Shown in pieces: positions 36,217-45,763 of a stretch of 64,000 nucleotides of DNA. The stretch is from contig JAUNAJ010000002.1 in assembly GCA_030527645.1 (NCBI GenBank), forward strand, positions 21,145 to 85,144. The letters are read 5' to 3'. The position numbers were made by a program, and so were the translations under genes. A model generated the notes under the pieces. The model was given only the letters and a program-made list of their open reading frames with translations. It did not search any database and was not told the DNA's origin. Numbering within the stretch: position 1 is the first letter of the stretch; every line of letters begins with the position of its first letter. The stretch comes from Lachnospiraceae bacterium. Its GTDB lineage: Bacteria; Bacillota; Clostridia; Lachnospirales; Lachnospiraceae.

Positions 36217-37800
36217 ATGAAACTCAGTGCAGTATTAATAACAAGAAAAATTGAACAACATTTGGCTGATTCTCTGGATCTAAGCCAGTTTTCCGATACA
36301 CTTACCATCGGACGTCCGGTATTTCTGACTGATCCGGAGCGGTGGCCTGAATCTGTGATCTGTATAGCTGACCAGATTCCATCCTCACTTCTGATGAAAA
36401 AAATCCCGCGAAATACCCTTGTTCTCGCCAAACACTTTGAAACCCCGTCGGGTCTGCTGCCCTTCGGACGGTGCTGTCAGCTGCAGGCCAACTGCTCTCT
36501 TCCGGATCTTTTTAATGAACTGCAGCTTTTGTACGATCACTTTGATCAGTGGGATGCAGAGCTTCAGGAACGTCTGAACCGCGAGGATACCCTCCAAAGC
36601 CTTCTGGACTGTTCCTTTTCCATATTTCGTAACCCTCTGCTGCTGCGGAGAGCAGACTTTTTCCTGCTTGCCCATTCCGGTATCATCGATGAACAGCCTG
36701 CACTGCAGCATCTCATTGACCCGGTCAATTCCTACGAGACCCTGACGCTGAGTAAGACAGATCAGATATTTCTGGATTCTCTCTCTCTGAGGAGACCGTA
36801 TTTTCTGCCGGATTACCTGTCCGGAAGCAGAGAACTTTGCTGCAATCTCTTTGATCACGGCATCTTTTCCTACCGCCTGATCCTGACAGAGGAGCTGGAA
36901 ACGATTTCCCCGGAGACAGGACCTCTGCTCATGCATCTTGCGGGCTATATGCAGATTCTTCTGCGGAGAACAGCACAGAATTCTCCCGGTGATGTGTATC
37001 CCCTGGAAAATCTCCTCTGTGATATCATCAGTCAGAGGCAGGCAGACTATTCCGTCTACGGCACCATGCTGGCAGATTACGGCTGGTTCACTGAACATCG
37101 GTACTGCTGTATGACTGTAAAAATGTCGGCCCTTGGAAACCAGAGCATGACCAGCAATTATCTGTGCCGCCATTTTGAAGAAATCATTCCCGGGTCCTGT
37201 GCATTCCGCTATGAAGGAGCAATCATTGTTTTCATCAACCTGACCAGATATGACGACACCATTGAAGGTCTGCTGAATCATATCATCGAATTTCTTCGTG
37301 ACAGTTTCCTGAAAACAGGTATCAGCAGCCCCATAACCGGTGTTGCAGATCTGCGGCACTGCTATACGCAGGCACGCCTTGCTCTGGATTATGGAAGCAG
37401 GTATCAGACCTTTCGATGGCTCCACAAATTCGAAGATATCACTCTCCAGTATTTCATGGAATGCTGCCTGACGGACCTCCCGGTCCATATGGTCTGTTCC
37501 CCCAGACTCATGAAGCTGAGGGAGCATGACCGGCTGCATCATTCCGATTACTATAATACTCTGAAAATTTACCTGGAATCTCATCTGAATGCTGTACAGT
37601 CTGCAAAGAAGCTGTTCATTCACCGCAGCACCTTTCTGTACCGTCTGGAAAAGATCCAGGAACTGATTTCTGTTAATTTTGAGGATCAGGAGATGCTGTT
37701 CTATCTGATGATCTCCTATCATATTCTGGAGCTTAGTATCCAGGACAGCTCCTACCTGTCTGCTTCTGAGCCCTCACCAACGAACCAAGGAGAGACCTAA
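36217..37800 (+). CDS. PucR-family transcriptional regulator
   Basis: 527 aa. C-terminal PucR-type HTH (YYNTLKIYLESHLNAVQSAKKLFIHRSTFLYRLEKIQELI). Divergent from the corrinoid cluster. Confidence 0.8.
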   Translation: MKLSAVLITRKIEQHLADSLDLSQFSDTLTIGRPVFLTDPERWPESVICIADQIPSSLLMKKIPRNTLVLAKHFETPSGLLPFGRCCQLQANCSLPDLFNELQLLYDHFDQWDAELQERLNREDTLQSLLDCSFSIFRNPLLLRRADFFLLAHSGIIDEQPALQHLIDPVNSYETLTLSKTDQIFLDSLSLRRPYFLPDYLSGSRELCCNLFDHGIFSYRLILTEELETISPETGPLLMHLAGYMQILLRRTAQNSPGDVYPLENLLCDIISQRQADYSVYGTMLADYGWFTEHRYCCMTVKMSALGNQSMTSNYLCRHFEEIIPGSCAFRYEGAIIVFINLTRYDDTIEGLLNHIIEFLRDSFLKTGISSPITGVADLRHCYTQARLALDYGSRYQTFRWLHKFEDITLQYFMECCLTDLPVHMVCSPRLMKLREHDRLHHSDYYNTLKIYLESHLNAVQSAKKLFIHRSTFLYRLEKIQELISVNFEDQEMLFYLMISYHILELSIQDSSYLSASEPSPTNQGET

Positions 37801-38573
37801 TGAAATTTCATCCATGTATTGATATTCACAACGGAAAAGTAAAACAGATCGTCGGAGGCACCCTGAAGGACGAGGGCGATCAGGCAGCAGAAAATTTTGT
37901 TTCCGGTCAGGATGCCGCCTTCTATGCAGACCTCTATCGCAGATATGATCTGAAGGGCGGTCATATTATTCTGCTGAATCCTGCCTCCTCTGAGTATTAC
38001 GAAGCAACGAAGGCGCAGGCGCTCCTTGCCCTGCAGACCTGGCCGAAGGGTCTTCAGATCGGGGGCGGAATCAACGCAGAGAATGCCGCGGAATTTCTCG
38101 ATGCAGGTGCTTCTCACGTCATCGTCACCTCCTATGTGTTCAAAAACGGGCAGATCTCCTATGAAAACCTGGAGCACCTGACCAAAACCGTGGGAAAGGA
38201 GCATCTGGTCCTGGATCTCAGCTGCAGAAAAAGGAACGGAGACTATTACATTGTTACAGACCGGTGGCAGAAATTTACCGAGGTGGTCATCACTCCGAAC
38301 GTGCTGCAGGAGATGACCTCCTACTGTGATGAATTTCTGATCCATGCAGTGGATGTGGAGGGGAAGGCCTCAGGTATCGAAACCCCTCTTGCCGAACTCC
38401 TGTCTGAATTAGAAGCCTTTCCTGTCACATACGCAGGGGGGGTCGGCAATTTCGATGACCTGCAGGAACTGCGCCGTGCAGGAAAGGGCCGCCTGGATGT
38501 CACCATCGGAAGTGCTCTGGATCTGTTCGGCGGTTCCATGGAATTTCAAAAGGTATTGGAAGCCTGCGATTGA
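37800..38573 (+). CDS. HisA-type (eukaryotic His6-like) ProFAR isomerase family TIM-barrel protein
   Basis: 257 aa. PCIDIHNGKVKQIVGG, LQIGGGI, LVLDLSCRK and IHAVDVEGK..GI motifs resemble the His6-type HisA subgroup. The ATG overlaps the PucR TAA (TAATG). Confidence 0.6.
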   Translation: MKFHPCIDIHNGKVKQIVGGTLKDEGDQAAENFVSGQDAAFYADLYRRYDLKGGHIILLNPASSEYYEATKAQALLALQTWPKGLQIGGGINAENAAEFLDAGASHVIVTSYVFKNGQISYENLEHLTKTVGKEHLVLDLSCRKRNGDYYIVTDRWQKFTEVVITPNVLQEMTSYCDEFLIHAVDVEGKASGIETPLAELLSELEAFPVTYAGGVGNFDDLQELRRAGKGRLDVTIGSALDLFGGSMEFQKVLEACD

Positions 38574-38586
38574 ATCTCCCTGTAAC

Positions 38587-38628
38587 TGCAGAAAAAGCCT
38601 GCCGGATACCGGCAGGCTTTTTCTGCAG
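38587..38628. terminator. bidirectional rho-independent terminator (hisA-like / asnS convergent)
   Basis: CTGCAGAAAAAGCCTGCCGG / CCGGCAGGCTTTTTCTGCAG, a perfect 20-bp stem. Confidence 0.85.
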
Positions 38629-38671
38629 TTCTGTCAATCGGAGACTGCCTCTGACTGGCAGACCTGATGTA

Positions 38672-40066
38672 TTATAATTCGCAGTTGTTTACAGTTCTCG
38701 GGAATGGAAGTACGTCACGAATATTGCCCATTCCTGTAAGATACATCACGCAGCGCTCAAAGCCGAGACCGAATCCGGAATGGCGGGTAGTACCGTACTT
38801 ACGAAGATCTGTATAAAACTCATAGGTGGAGGGATCCAGATTCAGCTCCTCCATCCTCTTCATCAGCTTATCATAATCTTCCTCTCTCTGGCTTCCGCCG
38901 ATAATCTCACCAATTCCCGGAACAAGGCAGTCCATAGCCGCAACTGTCTTTCCATCCGGATTCTGTTTCATGTAAAACGCTTTGATCTCAGCAGGATAAT
39001 CCGTTACGAATACCGGTCTTTTGAATACCTGCTCTGTCAGATAGCGCTCATGCTCTGTCTGAAGGTCACAGCCCCAGCTGACCTTGTATTCAAATGCATC
39101 ATTGTTTTTCTCCAGGATCTCAATCGCTTCTGTATAGGTGACACGTCCGAATTCTGAAGTTGCCACATGATTCAGACGCTCGATCAGACCTTTATCAATA
39201 AAGCTGTTGAAGAACTGCATCTCCTCCGGAGCCTGCTCCATTACATAGTTGATCACATATTTCAGCATGGCCTCAGCCAGTTCCATATTGTCCTCCAGAT
39301 CGGCAAACGCCACCTCCGGCTCGATCATCCAGAATTCTGCAGCATGACGGGTTGTGTTGGAGTTCTCTGCACGGAAGGTAGGTCCGAAAGTATAGATCTT
39401 GCGGAAGGCCTGAGCATAGGTCTCTCCGTTCAGCTGACCGCTGACCGTCAGATTTGTTGGCTTTCCGAAGAAATCCTGGGCATAATCAATAGAACCGTCA
39501 TCCTTCCTTGGAATGTTATTCAGATCCATCGTGGTAACCTGGAACATTTCCCCTGCACCCTCTGCATCACTTCCGGTGATCAGAGGTGTATGCACATAGA
39601 CAAATCCTCTGTCCTGGAAAAACTGATGAATGGCATATGCTGCCAGGGAGCGAACACGGAATACAGCCTGAAAGGTGTTGGTCCTCGGTCTCAGATGGGA
39701 AATCGTTCTCAGATACTCCAGACTGTGTCTTTTTTTCTGCAGCGGATAATCCGGTGTGGAGATTCCCTCAACCGCAACGGAATCTGCCTGTATCTCAAAG
39801 GGCTGCTTTGCCTGTGGAGTTGCCACCAGCTGACCTTCCACAATTACAGCTGCACCTACATTCAGCTTTGAGATTTCCTGGAAATTTTCCATCTCACCGT
39901 GATATACGATCTGCAGAGTTTCAAAGAAGGATCCGTCATGCATGACCAGAAATCCGAATTTTTTGGAATCGCGGATACTTCTGACCCAGCCGCCCACACG
40001 GACGGTTTTTCCAAGATACTTCTCAGTCTCTCTGTAAAGCTCTTTAACTGTTACTAACTGTTCCAT
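38672..40066 (-). CDS. asnS: asparagine--tRNA ligase
   Basis: 464 aa. N-terminal OB fold ([25 protein letters not shown]), class II motifs ([33 protein letters not shown]). Confidence 0.95.
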   Translation of the reverse strand: MEQLVTVKELYRETEKYLGKTVRVGGWVRSIRDSKKFGFLVMHDGSFFETLQIVYHGEMENFQEISKLNVGAAVIVEGQLVATPQAKQPFEIQADSVAVEGISTPDYPLQKKRHSLEYLRTISHLRPRTNTFQAVFRVRSLAAYAIHQFFQDRGFVYVHTPLITGSDAEGAGEMFQVTTMDLNNIPRKDDGSIDYAQDFFGKPTNLTVSGQLNGETYAQAFRKIYTFGPTFRAENSNTTRHAAEFWMIEPEVAFADLEDNMELAEAMLKYVINYVMEQAPEEMQFFNSFIDKGLIERLNHVATSEFGRVTYTEAIEILEKNNDAFEYKVSWGCDLQTEHERYLTEQVFKRPVFVTDYPAEIKAFYMKQNPDGKTVAAMDCLVPGIGEIIGGSQREEDYDKLMKRMEELNLDPSTYEFYTDLRKYGTTRHSGFGLGFERCVMYLTGMGNIRDVLPFPRTVNNCEL

Positions 40067-40081
40067 ATTTTTCTCCTTTTA

Positions 40082-42538
40082 TCAATATGCAAGGCGCCTG
40101 CTGGTCAGATACAGATTTCCATACTGAGTGATCAGCGCCTGCGCATCCTCCTTTGCCACGGCATATGTGCCTCCATCCTCAGGATTATACAGCCATACAT
40201 TGTACACGTCAAATCCCAAAATCAGCGATGTACCTCCCTCTGACATTCTGGTCAGAACCGGGCAGCCATGTGCCAGGAAATAATACATATCACTCAGACT
40301 GCAGCCGGAAAGATTCCATACGGCATAATCAGATCCCAGAGCAGCCTGCAGCTCCTCCTGATCCAGCGATGCGCTGAACAGAACCGGATGTACGATTGCC
40401 GGATCGATACTTGCAGTATTCTCGTAATTACCTCTCTCCCACACATAGCGTGACTGACGATCCAGTACCACGCCGACGCATTCATCAGCCAGTGCGATCG
40501 CCTCGGCCGCATCCCGGCAGGCAGCCCGAAGAGCCCCTTTCCCGTATACATACCAGTCAGCAGACCAGTCTGTTCCGAAATCCAGCTCCGGCTCCTTCAC
40601 AGCTTCCTGCTCCAGATACTGAGCATCCACCTCCAGCAGATTGGAGCTGCTTCCGCTGACTGTATAGATCAGAAAGCTCTGTGTTCCTGCCCGGTCATCC
40701 ACATCCAGCTTCAGTGTGACAGTATCGCCTGTCTCCGCTGCATTATTGATGATGTTATCGCTTTCCACAGGATAATAGATTCCATCATCCGAGCGGGTAG
40801 CTCTCAAAAGTTCTACCAGACCGTCACTTTCCACAATGCCGGTGATAAAGATCGTATTCTGCTGATACTCCTTCTCTACCTCCCCGGACGGATTCTGGAT
40901 CCGGAGATCGTACATGGCAAATACTTCTCTACCGGAAGCATCCACACCGATATCCGAATCCCTTGCCACGCCATAGATCACATCCTCATTCACATAGCCC
41001 AGTACCCGGATCTTCTCATTCTCTCCGGCACTGATATCGCTGCTTTCTCCGGTTTCCAGATTCATCACCGTAATCCGGGAGGAACCGGAGTATTCCATCT
41101 CCTGCATCCAGGCGAGATTCTTCTGACTGTCCGACACTGCAATACAGTCATCCTCCACCTGATCCACCAGCACCTCCGATGTTCTGTCGGACAAAGTGAC
41201 CCGATACAGCGCATGATTCAGATAGAAGTACATATACTGACTGTTCACATACAACAGACGGGACAGATCCTTTTCCATTCTGTCAAATCCCACATTGCAG
41301 GGAATAAAGAGAAGCTCCTCTGCAATATTCTGCTCTGCATAATAATGATATACAGATATTCCCATCTGTCCTTCATGCAGATCTGCACTCATATATCCGT
41401 ATACAGCGAAGGCTATATCACCGTTTTCCGACACAGAAGAAATGCTGATGCCATGATCGCTGTTCTCTGTTCTGGCATCAAAGCCGTTATGTTCTCTGAA
41501 GCTGAATACGCAGGCAGATTTATGAGCATTCCGGTTATAGGTCCACAGCTCCCCGTTCACAACAAATGCTGTAATGGATGCACTGCTGTTATTCACATAG
41601 GGAACCTCTTTTCCTACCACGCCAAGATTGATGCCTGAGCCGATCACCACATCCAGCGAGGGATCAAACAGCTGTGTTGCCTCTCGTTCAAAATCCAGAA
41701 GTACAACAGATCCCAGCCGGATGCGCATGCGGTAGAACTCGTCCACCGAATAATATTCCAGCCGCCCTTCTTCATCCTCTGCACTGATCAGATACGTCTG
41801 CGTAATGCTGCAGGTCGTATCATTGATTTCCCGGATCACTGGAACCGCTCTTCGCACAATGGACGGAGCAAGATTCCCCCACGTGATCTGCTTTCTGGCA
41901 GAATGAATATTGATGCTGTGAAGACTGCTGTTTGAGTAGGCATCCTGAGGCTCCAGGTTGTTGATCTCCTCGTCCGTCAGCGTTCCGTACAGGCAGTTTT
42001 CATAAAACTCCCGGGCATAGCTGAGATACTGCGCCGCGCTTACATTGCTTCGCTGAACGATTCTGGTGTAATAAAAAACCGACGATCCATCCCCGAGAGA
42101 CACGGTAAACTTCAGCAGATACTCCTGATCCAGCAGAATGGCATTGCCAAGCGTAAAGGAAGCAGAGAGAGTCCCCTCCTCCTCCTGCAGATTTTTGACC
42201 TTTCCATTCTCCACCAGCGCCTCATCCACCAGTGACGTTACCTCATAATCCACACCGCTGATTTCATTTTCGTACATCCTCAACTCGAAAGACAGCTCAC
42301 GCTCCCCTGAAACAGGTGTCAGCGACTCTCTGATGGTATCCCCCTGCAGCTCCACGGTACATCCGCTCATCGGATTTATCCTGGTTCCTTCCACATTCAT
42401 ATACATGACAGGAAGGGTGGGCGATGTCAACGCTCTGGATTTTTTGGTGTCTTTGTGATTTAATATAGTGGAAAAAAACAATACAGCTGCGATAAAAATC
42501 CCAGCTAAAATCATGATTCTTATTCCGATTTTTTTCAT
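40082..42538 (-). CDS. large membrane-anchored extracytoplasmic protein, function unknown
   Basis: The start is set at MKKIGIRIMILAGIFIAAVLFF (AGGGGAG RBS); the track ORF has 20 extra codons. 818 aa, a single N-terminal TM helix and beta-rich repeats. I recognise no catalytic motif. Its stop lies 15 nt before the asnS ATG. Confidence 0.5.
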   Translation of the reverse strand: MKKIGIRIMILAGIFIAAVLFFSTILNHKDTKKSRALTSPTLPVMYMNVEGTRINPMSGCTVELQGDTIRESLTPVSGERELSFELRMYENEISGVDYEVTSLVDEALVENGKVKNLQEEEGTLSASFTLGNAILLDQEYLLKFTVSLGDGSSVFYYTRIVQRSNVSAAQYLSYAREFYENCLYGTLTDEEINNLEPQDAYSNSSLHSINIHSARKQITWGNLAPSIVRRAVPVIREINDTTCSITQTYLISAEDEEGRLEYYSVDEFYRMRIRLGSVVLLDFEREATQLFDPSLDVVIGSGINLGVVGKEVPYVNNSSASITAFVVNGELWTYNRNAHKSACVFSFREHNGFDARTENSDHGISISSVSENGDIAFAVYGYMSADLHEGQMGISVYHYYAEQNIAEELLFIPCNVGFDRMEKDLSRLLYVNSQYMYFYLNHALYRVTLSDRTSEVLVDQVEDDCIAVSDSQKNLAWMQEMEYSGSSRITVMNLETGESSDISAGENEKIRVLGYVNEDVIYGVARDSDIGVDASGREVFAMYDLRIQNPSGEVEKEYQQNTIFITGIVESDGLVELLRATRSDDGIYYPVESDNIINNAAETGDTVTLKLDVDDRAGTQSFLIYTVSGSSSNLLEVDAQYLEQEAVKEPELDFGTDWSADWYVYGKGALRAACRDAAEAIALADECVGVVLDRQSRYVWERGNYENTASIDPAIVHPVLFSASLDQEELQAALGSDYAVWNLSGCSLSDMYYFLAHGCPVLTRMSEGGTSLILGFDVYNVWLYNPEDGGTYAVAKEDAQALITQYGNLYLTSRRLAY

Positions 42539-42630
42539 ACGATTACTCCCCTGTTTTTCGCATGGTTCTATTGTAATCTGTTCGATGGAAATCGGCAACT
42601 GAAAATTATTATTGAACGCGGAGGTTTTAT

Positions 42631-43707
42631 ATGGAGTCTCTATATTCGATCTACCAGTCTTTTGACATTTCCGGGACAGTATCCACCTATTATCCGGAAT
42701 ACAGACACACCCTGCTGATCATCCTGCTGGTCATTGCTCTTCTGAACTGCTTCTTCGGCTATTATCTTCGAAAGCTCTGGGGGATTCTTGCAGGAATGCT
42801 GATCGGAGCTCTGATTGCAGCAACAGCCTGCATATATCTCGGCAGATCCGGATTGATCCTGTACATTGTAACAGGCTTAGGGGCTTTTATATTAGGACTG
42901 CTGGCACTCCTCCTTTATAAAATCGGCCTGTTCTTCCTGTGCCTTGTACTGGTTCCCTATATCTTCAGCCGGCTGTTCCCCGCACCGACCCTGGAATCTG
43001 TCGTTCTCTGGATTATTCTCGGCGCTGTCGCAGGCATTCTGACCCTTGTTCGGGAACGGGATGTAATCAGTATACTGACCGCAGTGGGCGGAGGATTCGG
43101 CTCCGGAATGGTCATTCTGATGCTCTGGGAGCATGAATCCACCTCTCTGCTTGTACTCTTCGGAATCGCACTGTCTGTTTTTGGATTATTTCTGCAGTTT
43201 CAGCTCTGGCGATCCCGCTCAGACTGGAACTCCGACGAAGAAAGAACCAGAGACAAGCTTCGTCATAAACGCAGAATGCGAAGAATCAGAAATCGAAGAA
43301 AACGAAAGGAACAGGCAGCCCAGCGCAAAAAGCATGCCGATCATCGCCGGAGCGGTTCGGCCCCCCGCCGGACCACCTCTGAATATACACCCTTGAATAC
43401 CCGTCCGATCGGCCAGAGAAGCGCGAAGCAGCAGGGTACTGCAGGCAGCGAACGATTCAGATCCTATGGCCACGATTTCTTCGAGTCCGCCCGGGAGGAA
43501 ACGGATATCGGATCTACCGGTACTATTCCTGCTGTCCCCCGACCCGCAGATCCGGATGAACCGAAACACTTTACCGCAGATCTGTCAGATGTCCGCCAAA
43601 GCATCTCCCGGGAAGTCTCTGACATCTTCCTGGAACAGCAGGAGCTGGATGAAAAGATGAATCGGATCCTGGAGCAGGATCTTCATGACTCAACCAGGAA
43701 GCTGTGA
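42631..43707 (+). CDS. polytopic membrane protein with basic, disordered C-terminal tail, function unknown
   Basis: 358 aa. About 6-7 TM helices in the first 190 aa, then an R/K-rich stretch (RHKRRMRRIRNRRKRKEQAAQRKKH) and a low-complexity tail. Confidence 0.5.
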   Translation: MESLYSIYQSFDISGTVSTYYPEYRHTLLIILLVIALLNCFFGYYLRKLWGILAGMLIGALIAATACIYLGRSGLILYIVTGLGAFILGLLALLLYKIGLFFLCLVLVPYIFSRLFPAPTLESVVLWIILGAVAGILTLVRERDVISILTAVGGGFGSGMVILMLWEHESTSLLVLFGIALSVFGLFLQFQLWRSRSDWNSDEERTRDKLRHKRRMRRIRNRRKRKEQAAQRKKHADHRRSGSAPRRTTSEYTPLNTRPIGQRSAKQQGTAGSERFRSYGHDFFESAREETDIGSTGTIPAVPRPADPDEPKHFTADLSDVRQSISREVSDIFLEQQELDEKMNRILEQDLHDSTRKL

Positions 43708-43729
43708 AATTTTTCGCAGTGTGCATCTC

Positions 43730-43775
43730 AAAAGGACCTGTTACCATGCTGCCGCATGGTGACAGGTCCTTTTTA
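43730..43775. terminator. bidirectional rho-independent terminator
   Basis: AAAAGGACCTGTTACCATG / CATGGTGACAGGTCCTTTTT stem between convergent genes. Confidence 0.8.
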
Positions 43776-43789
43776 CTTGTGGAGAGTAG

Positions 43790-44872
43790 TCAGTCATATA
43801 AATACATCTGAGTATCCGGGTCATCGATATTGGACTGATCAATCCAGATATATCCGGTATCAATGAAGGAATCGATTTCCTCTCCTGCCGCTGCCCGAAG
43901 CGCAGCGATCACCACTGCATAGCCCATGGTATAGGGATTCTGACTGATACAGCCATATTCCACCCCATCCCGAATCGCCCGGATCTGCTCGGTTCCGTTA
44001 TCAAAGCCCACGAGAACCGGAATTTCCTCCTCCTGCTCATAAAGCTGCAATACCAGATCGGAGCTGCTTTCGTTCGTTGAGAATATCCCATCCAGGTCCG
44101 GATATTCCTCCTGCATGGCCGCCATCTTTTCCTCAAGAGAGTACTCATCGTCCGGTTCCACTATACAGACCAGTTCAATTCCCGGATATTCTTCCAGTGC
44201 AGACCTGAAGCCCTGCGACCGGAGAGCAGCTGTCTCAGCCTTCGGCTCATGACAGACCAGCGCCACCCTGCCCGTTCCATTCAGCTTCTCACATAGCCTT
44301 TTTCCCGCCTCTCTTCCCGCTGCTTCATTGTCCGTCTGGCAGACTGCCGTAACCAGCGAACTTTCCACTCCTGCGTCCAGAATCAAAACAGGGATTTCAT
44401 TATCCCGTGCTGTTTCCAGCTGTGCCTGACAGGACTCCATATCAGCAGCTGCAAGACAGAGTACCGCAGGATTTTCTGCAAGAACCGTATCCAGTGTATT
44501 GATCTGCTCTTCTTCATTCCCTTCTTCCGAAGGTCCTTCAAAGGTCAGTCTGATCTCACTGCTGTCAGTAAATCCCATCGCCTCATTCACATCCGACACT
44601 GCAGCCTCTACACCCTGACGGATGATCTTCCAGTAATTATTCTCACCAAGTCCCTTTACCACTACAGCCACATAGGCTCCGGGCTCCACCTGAAGTCCCG
44701 CCGGAGAGGTATAATCATGGACCAGTTCCTGTTCCACAGGAATCACAGCCTCCTGCTCCGCCTCAGATGAACCGGACACAGCGGCTCCCTGTCCGCAGCC
44801 TGTCAGCAGGACAGCAGCACACAGACCCGAGAGAGTTAACTGTACTATCTTAGTGAACTTCCGATTTTCCAT
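43790..44872 (-). CDS. lipoprotein, periplasmic-binding-protein (sugar-binding / LacI-type fold) family
   Basis: The start is set at MENRKFTKIVQLTLSGLCAAVLLTGCGQ (lipobox LLTGC, GGAGA RBS). The VVVKGLGENNYWKIIRQG and IPVLILDAG pattern is typical of Peripla_BP sugar-binding proteins. No adjacent ABC permease or ATPase. Confidence 0.6.
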   Translation of the reverse strand: MENRKFTKIVQLTLSGLCAAVLLTGCGQGAAVSGSSEAEQEAVIPVEQELVHDYTSPAGLQVEPGAYVAVVVKGLGENNYWKIIRQGVEAAVSDVNEAMGFTDSSEIRLTFEGPSEEGNEEEQINTLDTVLAENPAVLCLAAADMESCQAQLETARDNEIPVLILDAGVESSLVTAVCQTDNEAAGREAGKRLCEKLNGTGRVALVCHEPKAETAALRSQGFRSALEEYPGIELVCIVEPDDEYSLEEKMAAMQEEYPDLDGIFSTNESSSDLVLQLYEQEEEIPVLVGFDNGTEQIRAIRDGVEYGCISQNPYTMGYAVVIAALRAAAGEEIDSFIDTGYIWIDQSNIDDPDTQMYLYD

Positions 44873-44960
44873 AGCAATCTCCATTCTGTTATTGGTCAAC
44901 GGTGAATACGATCAAGGGAAAAGAGTCACGCAATGAGATCCGCAAGTATAAACCGGACAT

Positions 44961-45683
44961 TCATCCGGTTACCTGTCTGAACCCTGCAAATGCTTCTCCC
45001 TTTGGACTGATCGCAATGGTCTCCGTTCTCCCCGTTTCCGGATCCCGAAAGGTCAGGGACGCTGCACACAAGGCCAATCCCCTGCCGCCTGTCCTGCCGG
45101 CCTCCTTCCGGATTGCAGCTGCCTCAGCAGTCCCATACTTCCGATCCCCGACGATCGGCATGCCGGCATGGGAAAGCTGCACCCGGATCTGATGATGCCT
45201 GCCTGTCATCAGTTGAATTCGAAGCAGTGCCTGCCCCCGGTCATTCTCCTCCAGCACCCGGTAGGAAAGACTGGCTTTTTTTGCACCGGCTGTCCCTCGC
45301 CGGACAACCTTTGAGGAGTTGGACCCCCGTTCTCTGAGCAGATAGTCATCGAGAGGAGCCTCCTTCTTCTCCGGAGAAGGCTGTACCACAGCAAGATATT
45401 CCTTCTTCATGGTACCGTTCTGCAGCTGTGCCGAGCAGGCAGCCGCAGCTTCCTTCGTTTTAGTAAATAAAACAATTCCCTCCACGGGCTGATCCAGCCT
45501 GTGAACCACCGCAAGATAGGGGATGCTTCTCCCGCTGCTCTTCATGGCCAGATAACCCAGCAGCTGATGCTCCAGATCCATCTGCCCCACAGAACCGCTC
45601 TGAACCGCAGTCCCTGCCGGCTTGTATACAACAAGTATCTGCCTGTTTTCAAAAAGAATCTGTCTTGGATCAAAGGATCGCAT
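44961..45683 (-). CDS. RluA-family pseudouridine synthase
   Basis: 240 aa. HRLDQPVEGIVLFTKT catalytic-Asp motif and GRHHQIRVQL motif. Confidence 0.85.
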   Translation of the reverse strand: MRSFDPRQILFENRQILVVYKPAGTAVQSGSVGQMDLEHQLLGYLAMKSSGRSIPYLAVVHRLDQPVEGIVLFTKTKEAAAACSAQLQNGTMKKEYLAVVQPSPEKKEAPLDDYLLRERGSNSSKVVRRGTAGAKKASLSYRVLEENDRGQALLRIQLMTGRHHQIRVQLSHAGMPIVGDRKYGTAEAAAIRKEAGRTGGRGLALCAASLTFRDPETGRTETIAISPKGEAFAGFRQVTG

Positions 45684-45763
45684 TGGTTCGATCTCCTTAC
45701 ATATTTCCGGTCAGCAGGAGCATACCTCCCGCATGATGGAATTCAAATCGAGCTTTCGCTTTC

